Below are positions 25,741 through 38,490 of a DNA stretch of 64,000 nucleotides, in pieces. Position numbers and translations under genes: made by a program. Numbering within the stretch: position 1 is the first letter of the stretch; each line of letters starts with the position of its first letter. The notes below the pieces were generated by a model that saw nothing but the letters and a program-made list of their open reading frames with translations, ran no database searches and was not told the origin of the DNA. The stretch spans positions 163,618,001 to 163,682,000 of the forward strand of contig OZ024740.1 of NCBI GenBank assembly GCA_964016885.1. Direction: 5' to 3'. The stretch is from Eledone cirrhosa. Lineage: Eukaryota.

Positions 25741-28128
25741 ACACCCCATCCGCCAACAAGTAATTGGTGGGGTTTATTTTTGCATACGTGCTTATGTTTG
25801 CTGTATCCGTGTGCTATTTTTGTCCTTTTGACAATACCACGTACGCCTCTGAGGTTGCTTTTGCTATGCGTTATAAATGTTCAATGTCTCTGTTTACCAC
25901 ATTTTTATGTTGCTATTACGCTTTGCTATCGATGTTCCGTAGTTTTAACCTAATTAATCTACTTTTCCCTACATCTTATTTACATTTTTTTTTTACATTC
26001 CAGCGTGATCTTCCCAAGGCCGTTTTTGTGGCCACTGACTGTTACATGCTTTTCTATGTTACAATCTCAAATAACAAGCAAAGCAAATACGACAAACCAA
26101 AGTGGTGTGAAGGACTTCTTAAGGGCCACCACCTCTAATCGGAGTTGTCTTTGTTGACAGCTCTGCCGCTGGGACTTTTAAGATTGAACAATCTAAGGCT
26201 CTCTTTAGGGCCACCAAGTTTAAATTGTTACCATCGGATTCATCTTTGCTGGCAGCACCGCCGCTGAGACTTTTAAGATTGAACGATCCAAGGCCCTCTT
26301 CAGGGCCACCAAGTTTAAATTGTTACCATCGGATTCATCTTTGCTGGCAGCACCGCCGCTGAGATATTTCAAAGTGATATATGGTTGGTGGGTAAAATGA
26401 TTATTGTGTGTAAAGTTGTGACTAAAATGATTATTGTGGGTAAAATAATAATTGTGGGTAAAATGGTAGGTAAAATAATTATTGTGGGTAAAAAACGGAT
26501 CCCCCCAAATAAAAAACGAAGCCCCCGAATAAAAAACGGTCGCCCAAATGAAAACACGGATCCCCCCAAATAAAAAAGGGCCCCAAATAAAAAAGGACCC
26601 CCAAATAAAAAACGGATACCCCCAAATAAAAAACGGACCCCCCCCCCCCCCGCCCCAAAGAAAAACGGAGCCCCAAATAAAAATCGAATCCCTCCCAAAT
26701 AAAAAACGGATCCCCACCTATAAAAAACGGATCCCCAAATAAGAAACCGACCCCCAAATAAAAAACGGACCCCAAATAAAACACGGATCCTCAAATAAAT
26801 AACGGACCACCACATAAAAATAGGATCCCAAATAAAAAACGGACCCCCTAAAAAGAAACGGACACCCAAATAAAAAATGGATCCCCCCAAATAAAAACAC
26901 ACCCTCAAATAAAAAACGGATCTCCCCCCAAATAAGAAACGGACCCCAAAATAAAAAAGGGACCCCCCCAAATAAAAAACGGATCCCCCAAATAAAAAAC
27001 AGTCTCCCCCCTCAAAAAAACAAATAAATAACGGACCCCCAAATAAAAAAAAGGACCCCCAAATAAAATCGAATCCTCCCAAATAAAAAATGGACCGCCA
27101 CTGCCCCATAAAAAACGAACTCCAAATAAAAAACGGATCCCCCCCCAAAAAAAAATAAAAAACGAACGCTCCCCCATAAAAAACCAACCCCAAATAAAAA
27201 AACCGAAGCCCCCACCCCAACCCCCCAATAAAAAACAGATCCCGCCCAAACAAAAAACGTACCCCCAAATTAAAAACGGAACACCCCTCCCCCCCCCCCA
27301 AAAAAACGGACCCCAAATAGAAAACGGACCCTCAAATAAAAAACGGATCCTCTCCAAATAAAAAACGGATCCCCCCCCCCCCAATAAAAGACGGACCCCC
27401 AAATAAAAAACGGACAACCCCCCCCAAAAAAAAAAATAAAAACGAATACTCCCAAATAAAAAACAGACCCCAAATAACAAACGGATCCCCCCCCCCCGGA
27501 TAAAAAAACGGATCCCCCCAAATAAAAACGGAATTCCCCCCCCCCACCCCAAAAAAAAAAACGAACACTCCCCCATAAAAAACGAACCCCAAATAAAAAA
27601 CCGAACCCCAAATAAAAACGGACTCCCCCCCCCCAAAAAAAAATAACGGACCCCCAAATAAAATCGGATCCCCTCCAAATAAAAAACGGACCCCAAATAG
27701 AAAAAGGGATCCTCCCCCAAATAAAATCGGATCCCCACCAAATAAAAGACGGACCCCCAAATAAAAAACGGACAACCCCCCCCAAAAAATAAAAAACGAA
27801 TACTCCCAAATAAAAAACAGACCCCAAATAAAAAACGGATCCCCCCCAGATAAAAAACGGATTCCCCCAAATAAAAACGGAATCCCCCCCCAAAAAATAA
27901 AAAACGAACACTCCCCCCCATAAAAAACGAACCCCAAATAAAAACGGACTACCCCCCCCCCAAAAAAAAATAACGGACCCCAAATAAAATCGGATCCCTC
28001 CAAATAAAAAACGGACCCCAAATAGAAAAAGATCCTCCCCCAAATAAAATCGGATCCCTCCCAAATAAAAAACGCCCCCCCCCCCCCCCCCAATAATAAA
28101 CGGATCCTCCCAAATAAAGAACGGACCC

Positions 28129-28232
28129 AGCAGTATGGAATAAAATGTCTTGCTCAAGGACACAATGTACTGCCAGGAATCGAACTCACAACCTCACAAT
28201 TGTAAACCAAATACCCTAACTACAAAGCCACA
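28129..28232 (-). mobile_element. tRNA-SINE (second family) at the end of the array
   Basis: Minus: TGGCTTTGTAGTTAGG..GAGTTCGATTCC..GTGTCCTTGAGCAAGACA. Confidence 0.75.
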
Positions 28233-28369
28233 CACCTTCAATAACTAAGACCTACACAAAGCCATCAATTTTGTGAGATGGGTTAAGTTGGTTTAATTAT
28301 CCCCTGTACTTGAATATCAAACTCCAAAGTGATGAAAGATAAAATTGAGCTGGGAGGGATATTACATAA

Positions 28370-28517
28370 TAGTGAGACCTAGGCATTGTATGCTGAAGAC
28401 TTGTGTAGATTAGAAAGGAACGAAGCTTGCATGCTCCGATGGATGTGTAATAGTAATGTGCGCGAACAGTGAAGCATAAATAAATTAAGAGAGAGCGAGA
28501 CTAAGCATAAGAGGTAT
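28370..28517 (+). repeat. Near-identical copy of decayed RTE segment 33461-33608
   Basis: Shares the same premature TAG and TGA codons. Confidence 0.9.
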
Positions 28518-28667
28518 ATAATTTATTCACAATTATCATATTTTATCGCATTACTGTATTTGCATTTACATTTGTTTTCATTGTTTCTTATATCTTCATT
28601 CTGATTATTATACTTTTTGTTCTTTTTCCTTTCCATAATTTTTTTTTGTTTGAACAAAAACAAGCCC

Positions 28668-30788
28668 ATGGAAGCTAAGAAAAGAAATGTGGATTTTGGA
28701 GTGCCGAACTTTTAACGATGGCTGGACACTTAGCTATTTTTTCATTGAGCACTTCGAAAAATGTGTTTGCTTAATTTGTCAAGAAACCATTGCCGTGAAG
28801 AAAGTTTCAAATATTAAACGGCACTATGAAACTCGTCATAATCATTACAACAGTTTAAAAGGAAAAGCACGAGTATACGAAGTTGCACGGCTGAAAAATA
28901 ATGTAACAAAGCAATCATCCTTTTTCACTAGAAAAGTTGAAGAAAGTGACCAAAACACTCGTGCTAGCTACAATGTGTCAAAACTAATTGCAAAAAGGAT
29001 GAAACCTTTTACTTATGGAGATTTCTTCAAAGAAGTATTGTTGAAGGTAGCAGATGTTGTTTGTCCAGAAAAAAGGGAATTATTTTCTGCGATCAGCTTA
29101 TCGCCAAGAACAGTAACAAGGCGAATTGAAGAGCTGGCAGCAAATGTCAGAAGTGGCTTGGAGGGCATTTTAAATAATCTGGAGTATTATTCCATTGCTA
29201 TATATGAAACCACAGATATGAAGAAGACTTGTCAACTTGCAGTGTTTGTGAGGGGTGTAACACCAACATTTGATATTGTGGAAGAATTTGTACAATTGAT
29301 TCCTATAAAGGACACTAGCACTGGAGTAGATATTTTGGAAAGCATAATAAAATGGATTACCGAAATGAATCTGGATTTATCAAAGCTTTCTGGAGTAATC
29401 ACAGATGGACCACCAGCAATGGTTGGAGAGAAAAAGGGGTTTGTTGCATTGCTCCAAAAGCACATCGGTATTGATCAAAAACTAATCAAACTTCATTGAA
29501 TTATTCATCAAGAAGCATTATGTGCAAAGTCACTGAATTTTAAGGACAACATTGCAGTGGTCGTGAAAACAGCGAATTTTATACTGTCAAGAGGACTAAA
29601 TCACCGCCAGTTTCAAGAATTTCTAAAACAAATTGAAGTAGAGTGTGGCGACCTTACATATTTTTCAAATGTTCGATGGCTTAGCCGCGGAAAAATGATA
29701 GAACGAGTATATGCATTGAGAGAAGAGATTTCTCTGTTTTTAGAGAGCAAAGACCAAGATAATTCTTACTTTCAGGATCCACAGTGGGTTGTCAAGTTAG
29801 CTTTTTTAGTGCACATCACGACCCACATGAACACTTTGAATATTGAGCTTTGAGGAAAGAACAAGGTTGTATTTGAGATGTTTGGTCATATTACTGCTTT
29901 TGAGAGAAAACTTCGACTGTGAGAATCACAACTTCAAAAAGGAAACTACTCTCATTTCCCAAGTCTCTAAAATCACAAGAGAGATATAATACCAGACATC
30001 TTTGTGAGCTCTATGAAAGATTTGAGAAGTGAGTTTTCCTCTCGTTTTGCTGACTTCCGGCAATATGGAACTCTATTTAAGTTATTTGGTACTCATTACG
30101 AAACAGATGTGGAGCAAGTGGCAGAAGAATATCAGTTGGAGTTAATTGACTTACAGTGCGACGAATCTTTGAAATCGAAATTTCAGTTCGAATCCACTGC
30201 TGACTTCTACAAGAAATATATATTGCCAAGCGGAAAATATAAAAACATATTGACTAATGTGAAAATGATATCAATATTTGGAAGTACATATGCTTGTGAA
30301 CAACTTTTTTCCAAAATGAAATATACTAAAAGTCATTTAAGAACAAGGTTGCGTGACGACCACCTCGATGATGTTTTGCTCCTGTCATCGACAAATATTT
30401 CACCTGATGTGGAGAAGTTATCGCACAATAAGCAGAAACAAGTGTCTCATTAAATCATTTACCATTTCTAACTGTATTTCGTTTGTAGCAAGGAATTTGC
30501 TTTTTTTTTGTTGTTGATTGTGATAGTAGTTGTTTTTCTGTTATTCCTGCAGTAAAATAAGGAATTTGCTTTTTTTTTTGTTGAATGTGTTTGTAGTTTT
30601 TTTTTCTTTGTTTTTTTTTTGTTATTCCTGCAGTAAAATAAGGGGCCTTGTTAAAATAAAATTATATGAAATTCCTTGTTTTGCTTTAAACCTCCAGAAA
30701 ATTTATTTGCATATTTAATAACATGGTCCTCCTCCATGAAACTGCATAGCTGTTTGGCCCTCTCTCTCCAAAAGGTTGCCAACCCCTG
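28668..30788 (+). mobile_element. hAT (Buster/SPIN, GTF2IRD2-like) transposon, pseudogenised, left end missing
   Basis: CLICQE..NIKRHYETRH, ITDGPPAMVG, VRWLSRGK, FGSTYACEQLFSKMK; right TIR GGTTGCCAACCCCTG ends 30788, followed by CTCTAGAG (nnnTAnnn). Confidence 0.93.
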
Positions 30789-31552
30789 CTCTAGAGGAAC
30801 TCTCACAGTGATCAGTCTGTCACTAACGCCTGTCAGCAGCTCCTGAAGATGGTCTGTTATAACTGTTTTTATGGCAAAAGCGACACCAGCTTCCCTCCTC
30901 CTCTCCTTCCTTCCCCTCCAGAAAAACGTATATCCACCGGATTTCCCTGTGAAATGGTCCTCACCATGAAATCAAGTTTCCGAGAGGGCCACAACATCCA
31001 TATCATAACGCCTGAGCTCCTTGGCAACCAATGCCGATCTTCTGCACATTTGTTTCAACATCAAGCAAAGTACGCACATTCCAGCACCCAAAATTGAGTG
31101 GTTTGCACACAGTAGACCGGTGACGACCAGACCCAGACTGCGGCGCCCTGAGATACCTGCTGGGCCAGACCCTTTCACATGATGCTGATCCAGAGCCCTT
31201 ATTGCCATTTACTTCAATTGTGTTAGGTACCTTCATTGTAATGTAGTTTGCCTTTTTAGGCTACGGCCAGCCAGAGTTCCACATCAAGATGACAAGTGCA
31301 GAGAGATTTCCAGATATAAAGCAATGCCTGTGCCGTGAAGCTTTTATAGTGAGCAAAGGCACTGCACAAAGCCAGTCCCACTCTCTTAACCAAGATGATA
31401 TTTACCAAAAAGAAGAACAAGTCAACATCATTGGATACCATCAGAGTTGCAGGTGTTATATCAGAGTTTTCCTTCTAGAATTCTGACTTGACAAAGGCTA
31501 AGGTGTCATCTCTCCCGGTGATTTTTGATGGCAAAGGAGCTCTTAAGAGTCA
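30789..31552 (-). mobile_element. RTE-clade LINE 5' region (5'UTR and APE endonuclease start), cut by the hAT
   Basis: LNFGCWNVRTLLD..RRSALVAKELRRYDMDVVALSET..GYTFFW..AGVAFAI..DRLITVRVPL. Confidence 0.85.
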
Positions 31553-31595
<43 letters not shown>

Positions 31596-31784
31596 TATAT
31601 ACACGTATATATATACAAATATATATACATACATAAATAAATCCATATATATATACACACACACACATATATATACACACACACACCTATATACATATAC
31701 ACACACACATATGTATACATATACACACACACATACATATACATACACACACACATATACACATACATACACACACACACACAT

Positions 31785-31926
<142 letters not shown>

Positions 31927-31949
31927 ATATATATATATATATAAATATA

Positions 31950-32150
31950 TAACAAAGAAGGTATGGTTGGTAAGATACCAGGTGGACCATAACACACCAG
32001 AGTACTCAATACTTAGGGTGGTAGAGTGGGTAATAGGGAAAAGAGTCGGGAACCTGATGGCTGAGTTTCTGCTGTTTCGACAGCTAGATCAGTTCAAACC
32101 TAGCTGTCGAAACGGCTGGAGCTCAGCCGTCAGGTTCCTGACTCTTTTCC
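31950..32150 (+). mobile_element. PLE pLTR fold-back with HHR 3' half
   Basis: Inverted repeat about 32037-32150; arm reads CTAGCTGTC-GAAAC-GGCTG(GAGCT)CAGCC-GTC-AGGTTCC. Confidence 0.6.
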
Positions 32151-32159
32151 TATATATAT

Positions 32160-34196
32160 ACAATATAGAGGAACAGTGGGAATTCCTGAAAGTTAACCTG
32201 TTGAAGGCAACTGATGAAATCTGTGGCTGGAGCAGATAGTTAGGTAGGAGGAGAGTGACATGGTGGTGGAACAGTAAGGTGGAGGAGTCCATCAAGGGCA
32301 AAAAAGAGACTTGGAAAGAATGGCAGGATGGGGGTAGTAGTAAACCAAGTAATACAGAATGGGGTCATACCAAATGACTAGTGTAGCATCATCATCATCA
32401 AATGTTACAAGGGCAAAGGAGACGCCCTGGATAGAGGAAACTATAGGGTCATTAAGTTAGTTGACCAGGTCATGAAAGTCACAAAAAGAGTTCTTACTCA
32501 ACTGATGAGAGATTGAATTGATCTATATGAAATGCAGTTTGGGTTTGTGCCAGGTAAAAGCACTACTGATGCTCTTTTCCTTGTACGGCAACTACAGAAG
32601 AAGTACCTAGCTAAAAGTAAACCCCTCTACTTAGCTTTTATTGACTTGGAGAAAGCCTTTGACAGAATCCCACGCACCTTAATCTGGTAGGCTCTTAGAA
32701 AACTAGGTGTAGATGAATAGCTTGTGAGAGCTATACAAGCCATGTATAGAGGAACAGTCAGCAAGGTTAGAATTAACAATAAATATAGTGAAGAATTTAG
32801 CATAATAGTAGGAGTTCACCAGGGCTCTGTCCTTAGCCCCCTCCTGTATATTATTGTCCTACAGGCTATAACAGAAGGGTTTAAGACTTGCTGCCCATGG
32901 GAACTTCTATATGCAGATGACCTAACTTGAATCCATGGCTGAACTAGAGAAGAAGTTCCAAACATGGATGCATGGCGTAGAATCAAAAGGTCTTTGAGTT
33001 AACTTGTCTAAGATAAAAGTTCTAGTAAGGAGAACAGGGCACAGGTGCCCTCTGAGAAATAGCCAAGCTCAGTGTGTAAGAAAGGAATAGGTAGAAATTC
33101 CATTCTATGACCCAAATGCAAACTATGGGTACATTAAAGATGTAGTGGGATCACAGGTAAGCTATCTAAGAATGTAGATTTTATATGTGGCCGATGCTCA
33201 GGTGCAGTAAGTAGCAAGGACCCACTGGATGCTATCTCCTTCAACTGCCCAGATGATTCTATAGAAATAGTAGATACTTTCCGTTACCTGGGTGACAAAA
33301 TCAGTAGTGGAGGAGGGTGCTCTGAAAGTGTGGTAGCCAGAGTTAGAATGGGATGGAAAAAGTTCAGAGAGCTAATACCGCAGTTGGCCACAAGGGGTTT
33401 TTCTCTAAAAGTGAAAGGCAGATTGTATGATGCTTGTATACGAACGGTGATATTAGATAGTAGTGAGACCTAGGCATTGTATGCTGAAGACTTGTGTAGA
33501 TTAGAAAGGAACGAAGCTTGCATGCTCCGATGGGTGTGTAATAGTAATGTGCGCGAACAGTGAAGCATAAATAAATTAAGAGAGAGAGAGACTAAGCATA
33601 AGAGGTATCAAATGTTGTGTTCTGGAGAGGGGATTGTGTTGGTATAACCATGTGATGCGTATGAAGGACGACAGCTGTATAAAAAAAAGTGCAGAGCAAT
33701 GAAAATTGATGGAACCTATGGAATGAGTAGACCAAGAAAAACCTGGGACAAGGTGATAAAAACTGAACTTGTTCATTTACACCTCTCTAAGACGATGTCA
33801 CTAGATTGAGATCTTTGGCGCCATGAAGTTGTACAAAAGAAACGCCTTCCCTTGCATACAAACCTACAGCCAGTAGGCACCTCTTAACCCAATATACACC
33901 ACACCCCCACACACCCTACCCCATCCTCCCATTTCTGTCCACTGTGTCAATGACACAACAAAAAGCACTCAGTCCACACTGTAATGTGGTCATGTAGAAG
34001 ACACGGTAAAAACTCTCCCAGTCCACACTGTAAATGTGTTTGGTGTTAAGAAGGGCATCCAGCCATAGAAAACCTGCCAGGGACACTTCTCTATGAGCAA
34101 GACACGGCCTCCCGACCAATCTTGCATCAAATAGAAAAAAAACATCTAACCCATGCTAGCGTGGAAGATGGTCGTCAAACGATGATGATGATGATG
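32160..34196 (+). mobile_element. RTE LINE copy 1, decayed, internal deletion, (GAT)n tail
   Basis: GVHQGSVLSP, LLYADDL, many stops; paralog of 34527-37535. Confidence 0.93.
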
Positions 34197-34445
34197 TACA
34201 TATATATACATACATATATATATATAAATATATATACATACATATATACACATATATATACATACATATATACACACATATATATATACACATGCATTCT
34301 TAGACACACATATATACATATATATATACACACATATATACACATATATATACACATATATATACACACACATATATATATATATACACACATATACATA
34401 CATATATATATACATACATATATATATATATACATATATACATAC

Positions 34446-34492
<47 letters not shown>

Positions 34493-34526
34493 CATACATA
34501 TATACATACATAAATATACATACATA

Positions 34527-37497
34527 AATGGTCACGTTGGACAACATTGTGAATGCTATGACAGAATCCATGGAGGCTATGGGTTTGGTACTAGAAATGA
34601 GGAAGGCTCCAGAATCCTGGAATTCTGTGACGCAAATAACCTAACTATCTGTAACACTAACTTCAAAAAACGAGACAATCACTTGATCACCTATAGATCA
34701 GGGGATCACGCCAGTCAGATAGATTATATCCTTACCAGAAGACGTGATAGAGTGTCTGTTGTAAACACTAAATCCCTCCCCCATGAAGAATGCACCTCCC
34801 AACATACTCATAGTCAGCGACCTCATAGTCAGGACAAGACGTACTCGACAACAGAGGAGTACTATCCTCAGGAGAAAAATATGGAAGTTAAAGCACCCCA
34901 CAGCCAGTAATAAATTTAAAAGCATATTACTCGATGCTTTCGACAGTAAGGAAGAGCAATTAGAGTCGTACAATATAGAGGAACAGTGGGAATTCCTGAA
35001 AGCTAACCTGCTGAAGGCGGCAGATGAAGTCTGTGGCTGGAGCAGGCCTATAGGCAGGAGGAGAGTTACGTGGTGGTGGAACAGTAAGGTGGAGGAGTCA
35101 ATTAAGAACAAAAAGCAGGCTTGGAAAGTATGGCGAGAAGGGGGAAGTAGAGAAGACTATCAAGTGGCCAGGAGGGAAGTTAGGAGACAAGTGTACTTCG
35201 CAAGAAGGGAAGAAGAGGAGAGAAAGTTCAAGCATGTTCTACAATGCGAGGACCAAAAACGTGAGGTGTTCAGGATTGCTAGGCAATGTGTCAAGGAAAA
35301 CCGTGATATTGTCGGGGAGAAGTGTGTCCTTAATGATGATGGTGTACTTGCCATCACTGACGCTGATAAGAAGGTAGTTTGGAAGTGTCACTACGAAAGG
35401 CTACTAAATGAGGAGAATAAATGGGAGAAAGACAGTCTCCCACACATCGATCCAATAGAGGGACCAGCAGTGCTAGTTGAAGGTAGTATAATAAGTAAGG
35501 CAATCAAAGATATGAAGACGGGTAAGGCGGCTGGGCCTTCGGAAATAGTTGCTGAAATGCTGAAAGCATCTGGAACGGTGGGACACACTATGGTCACCCG
35601 GATAGTAAACCAAGTCATACAGAATGGGGCCGTTCCGAAGGACTGGCATAGCAGCATCATCATTAACTGCTACAAGGGTAAAGGAGATACCCTAGATAGG
35701 CGTAACTATAGAGGCATTAAATTAATCGACCAGGTCATGAAGGTCACAGAAAAAGTAATAGCGCAACTAATCAGAGAGCGAATTGATCTAGATGAAATGC
35801 AGTTCGGGTTTGTGTCAGGTAAAAGTACCACAGACGCTATTTTCATTGTACGACAACTACAGGAGAAGTACCTAACTAAAAGTAAACCCCTATACTTAGC
35901 TTTTGTTGACTAGGAGAAAGCCTTTGACAGAGTCCCTCGCTCCATTATCTGGTGGGCTCTTAGAAAATTAGGTGTTGATGAATGGCTTGTGAGAGCTATA
36001 CAAGCCATGTATAAAGAAACAGTCAGCAAGGTTAGAATTAACAACGAATATAGTGATGAGTTTAGCGTAAAAGTTGGTGTTCATCAGGGCTCCGTTCTTA
36101 GCCCCCTACTATTTATTATTGCCTTTCAGGCTATAACAGAGGAGTTCAAGACCGGCCGTCCATGGGAACTCCTATACGCAGATGATCTAACGCTCATAGC
36201 TGAATCAATGGCTGAACTAGAGAAGAAATTCCAAACATGGAAGAATGGCCTAGAATCAAAAGGCCTTAAAGTTAACTTGTCTAAGACTAAAGTTCTAGTT
36301 TGTAGGAAGGAAAATAAGGCTCCGGTCCCATCTGGGAAATGGCCATGCTCAGTGTGTAGGAAAGGAGTAGGCAGAAACTCCATTGTATGTCCCAAATGCA
36401 AAGTATGGGTGCATAAAAGATGTAGTGGGATCACAGGTAAGCTAACTAAGAATATAGATTTTATATGTGACCGGTGCTCTGGTGCAATAAGTAGCAGCAA
36501 GTGCCCACAGAATACTAGCTCATTCCATTGCACAAATGGTTCTATAGAAATAGTGGACACCTTCCGTTACCTGGGTGACAAAATCAGCAGTGGGGGAGGG
36601 TGCTATGAAAGTACAGTAGCTAGAGTCAGAACGGGATGGAAAAAGTTCAGAGAGCTTATACCAGTATTAGCCACTAAAGGGTTCTCTCTAAAAATGAAAG
36701 GCAGGCTGTATGATGCCTGAATACGAACAGCAATGTTACATGGCAGTGAGACCTGGGCATTGTGTTCAGAGGATATACGCAGACTGGAGGGGAACAAAGC
36801 TTGCATGCTCCGCTGGATGTGTAATAGTAATATACGTGAACGGCAAAGCATAAACGAACTAAGGGAGAAATTAGGAATAAGAAGGATCAGATGTTGTTTA
36901 CTCGAGAGAGAACTACGTTGGTACGGTCATGTGATGCGCATGAAAGACGACAGCTGTATAAAAAAAGTGCAGGGCGATAAAAATAGACGGTAGCCACGGA
37001 GTAGGCAGACCCAGAAAAACCTGGGACGACTTGATAAATTCCGACTTCACACACTTACACCTCTCCAAGACAATGTCACTGGACCGAGATCTTTGGTGCT
37101 ACAGAGTAATACAGAAGACCGCCTTGCCTAAGTACAAAGCGAAACCTACAGTCAGTAGGCACCTCTAACAAAAATACACTCCTGTCCCACTACCCCCACC
37201 CCATCCACACCCTTCGATGTAAAGTTATGTTGGTACCACAACATCCAGTCCGAAACAAATGAGGTCGTGTAGGTGTCACGACAAAAAAACACACAGTCCA
37301 CGCTGTAATGTGACCGTGAAGGTAACACGGTAAAAACCTCCCTGTCCACACTGTAAACGAGGCTGGTGTTAGGAAGGGCATCCAGCCGTAGAAAACCCGC
37401 CAGACAGTCCTATACGAGCAAGACAACCAATCTTACCTCAAGTGGGAAAACTCCCGTCCAAACCCATGGAAGCGTGGAAGATGGACGTTAAACGATG

Positions 37498-37535
<38 letters not shown>
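34527..37535 (+). mobile_element. RTE LINE copy 2: APE C-half, RT, PHD-like finger, (GAT)n tail; few lesions
   Basis: NGHVG..SQIDYIL, QFGF..STTDAIF, QGSVLSP, YADD, CSVC..C..CKVWVHKRC..CDRC; stops at 35911 and 36718, frameshifts near 34800 and 36965. Confidence 0.96.
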
Positions 37536-37712
37536 AAATACATACATATATACTTATATATATACAAACATATATATATACATAGATATATACATACATA
37601 TGTACACATACATATATATACACATACATATTTATATACACATACATATATATACACATACATACATATATACACATATATATACACACACATACATACA
37701 TATATATATATA

Positions 37713-38459
37713 TGGTGGCTGCCAACTCGTTTTCGAGTACGGCCACTACTTTATATCCATGTAGGAGAACCCCTACCGATGCGCTGAACGAGTGTGTATT
37801 TTTAGTCCAGCCAGCGACTTGAAAACTCTGGTACAAACACTACACTTGTGACAATTATTGACACATACTGCTGGGCCCATGGTACCATGTGACGGCAAGT
37901 GCAGAGAGATCTCCAGATATAAAGCAATGCCTGTGCCGTGAAGCTTTTATAGTGAGCAAAGGCACTGCACAAAGCCAGTCCCACTCTCTTAACCAAGATG
38001 ATATTTACCAAAAAGAAGAACAAGTCAACATCATTGGATACCATCAGGGTTGCAGGTGTTATATCAGAGTTTTCCTTCTCCAAGAATTCTGCCTTGACAA
38101 AGGCTAAGGGGTCATCTCTCCCAGTGATTTTGGATGGCCATTGACTCTTAAGAACTCCTTTGCCCTTTGACAGGTTTTGTTTTTAGTCCTGCAGGATGTC
38201 CAAAGTCACCCTCCTCACCAAGAAACCTTGGTGGGGTTGCCAGTTTAGTCGCCAACGACCCGACCATGAGACAGGTTGTACTGGGATACATGTTACCAGT
38301 AGCACCAACTAGTGACCAGACATATATATATACATACACACATATACACATACATATAATAATACACATACATATATATACACATACATACATACATATA
38401 CATATACATACATACATATACACATACATATAATAATACACATACATATATATATACAC

Positions 38460-38490
<31 letters not shown>

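Larger units (their letters stand above)
10150..28128 (+). mobile_element. Tandem array of four ~4.4 kb Helitron-derived units
   Basis: Helitron-like 5' end TCTATATATATATATATAAAAC at about 10150; unit starts CAACGAAGCGAG at 10309, 14769, 19179, 23583. Confidence 0.95.

Noticed and set aside
13005-28163. Long G/F/L-rich ORFs up to 343 aa on the minus strand
   Set aside because: Translations of the minisatellite; frames differ between units because of homopolymer indels
28687-30453. Domesticated GTF2IRD2/ZBED-like gene
   Set aside because: Multiple stops, a frameshift and a retained TIR indicate a dead transposon
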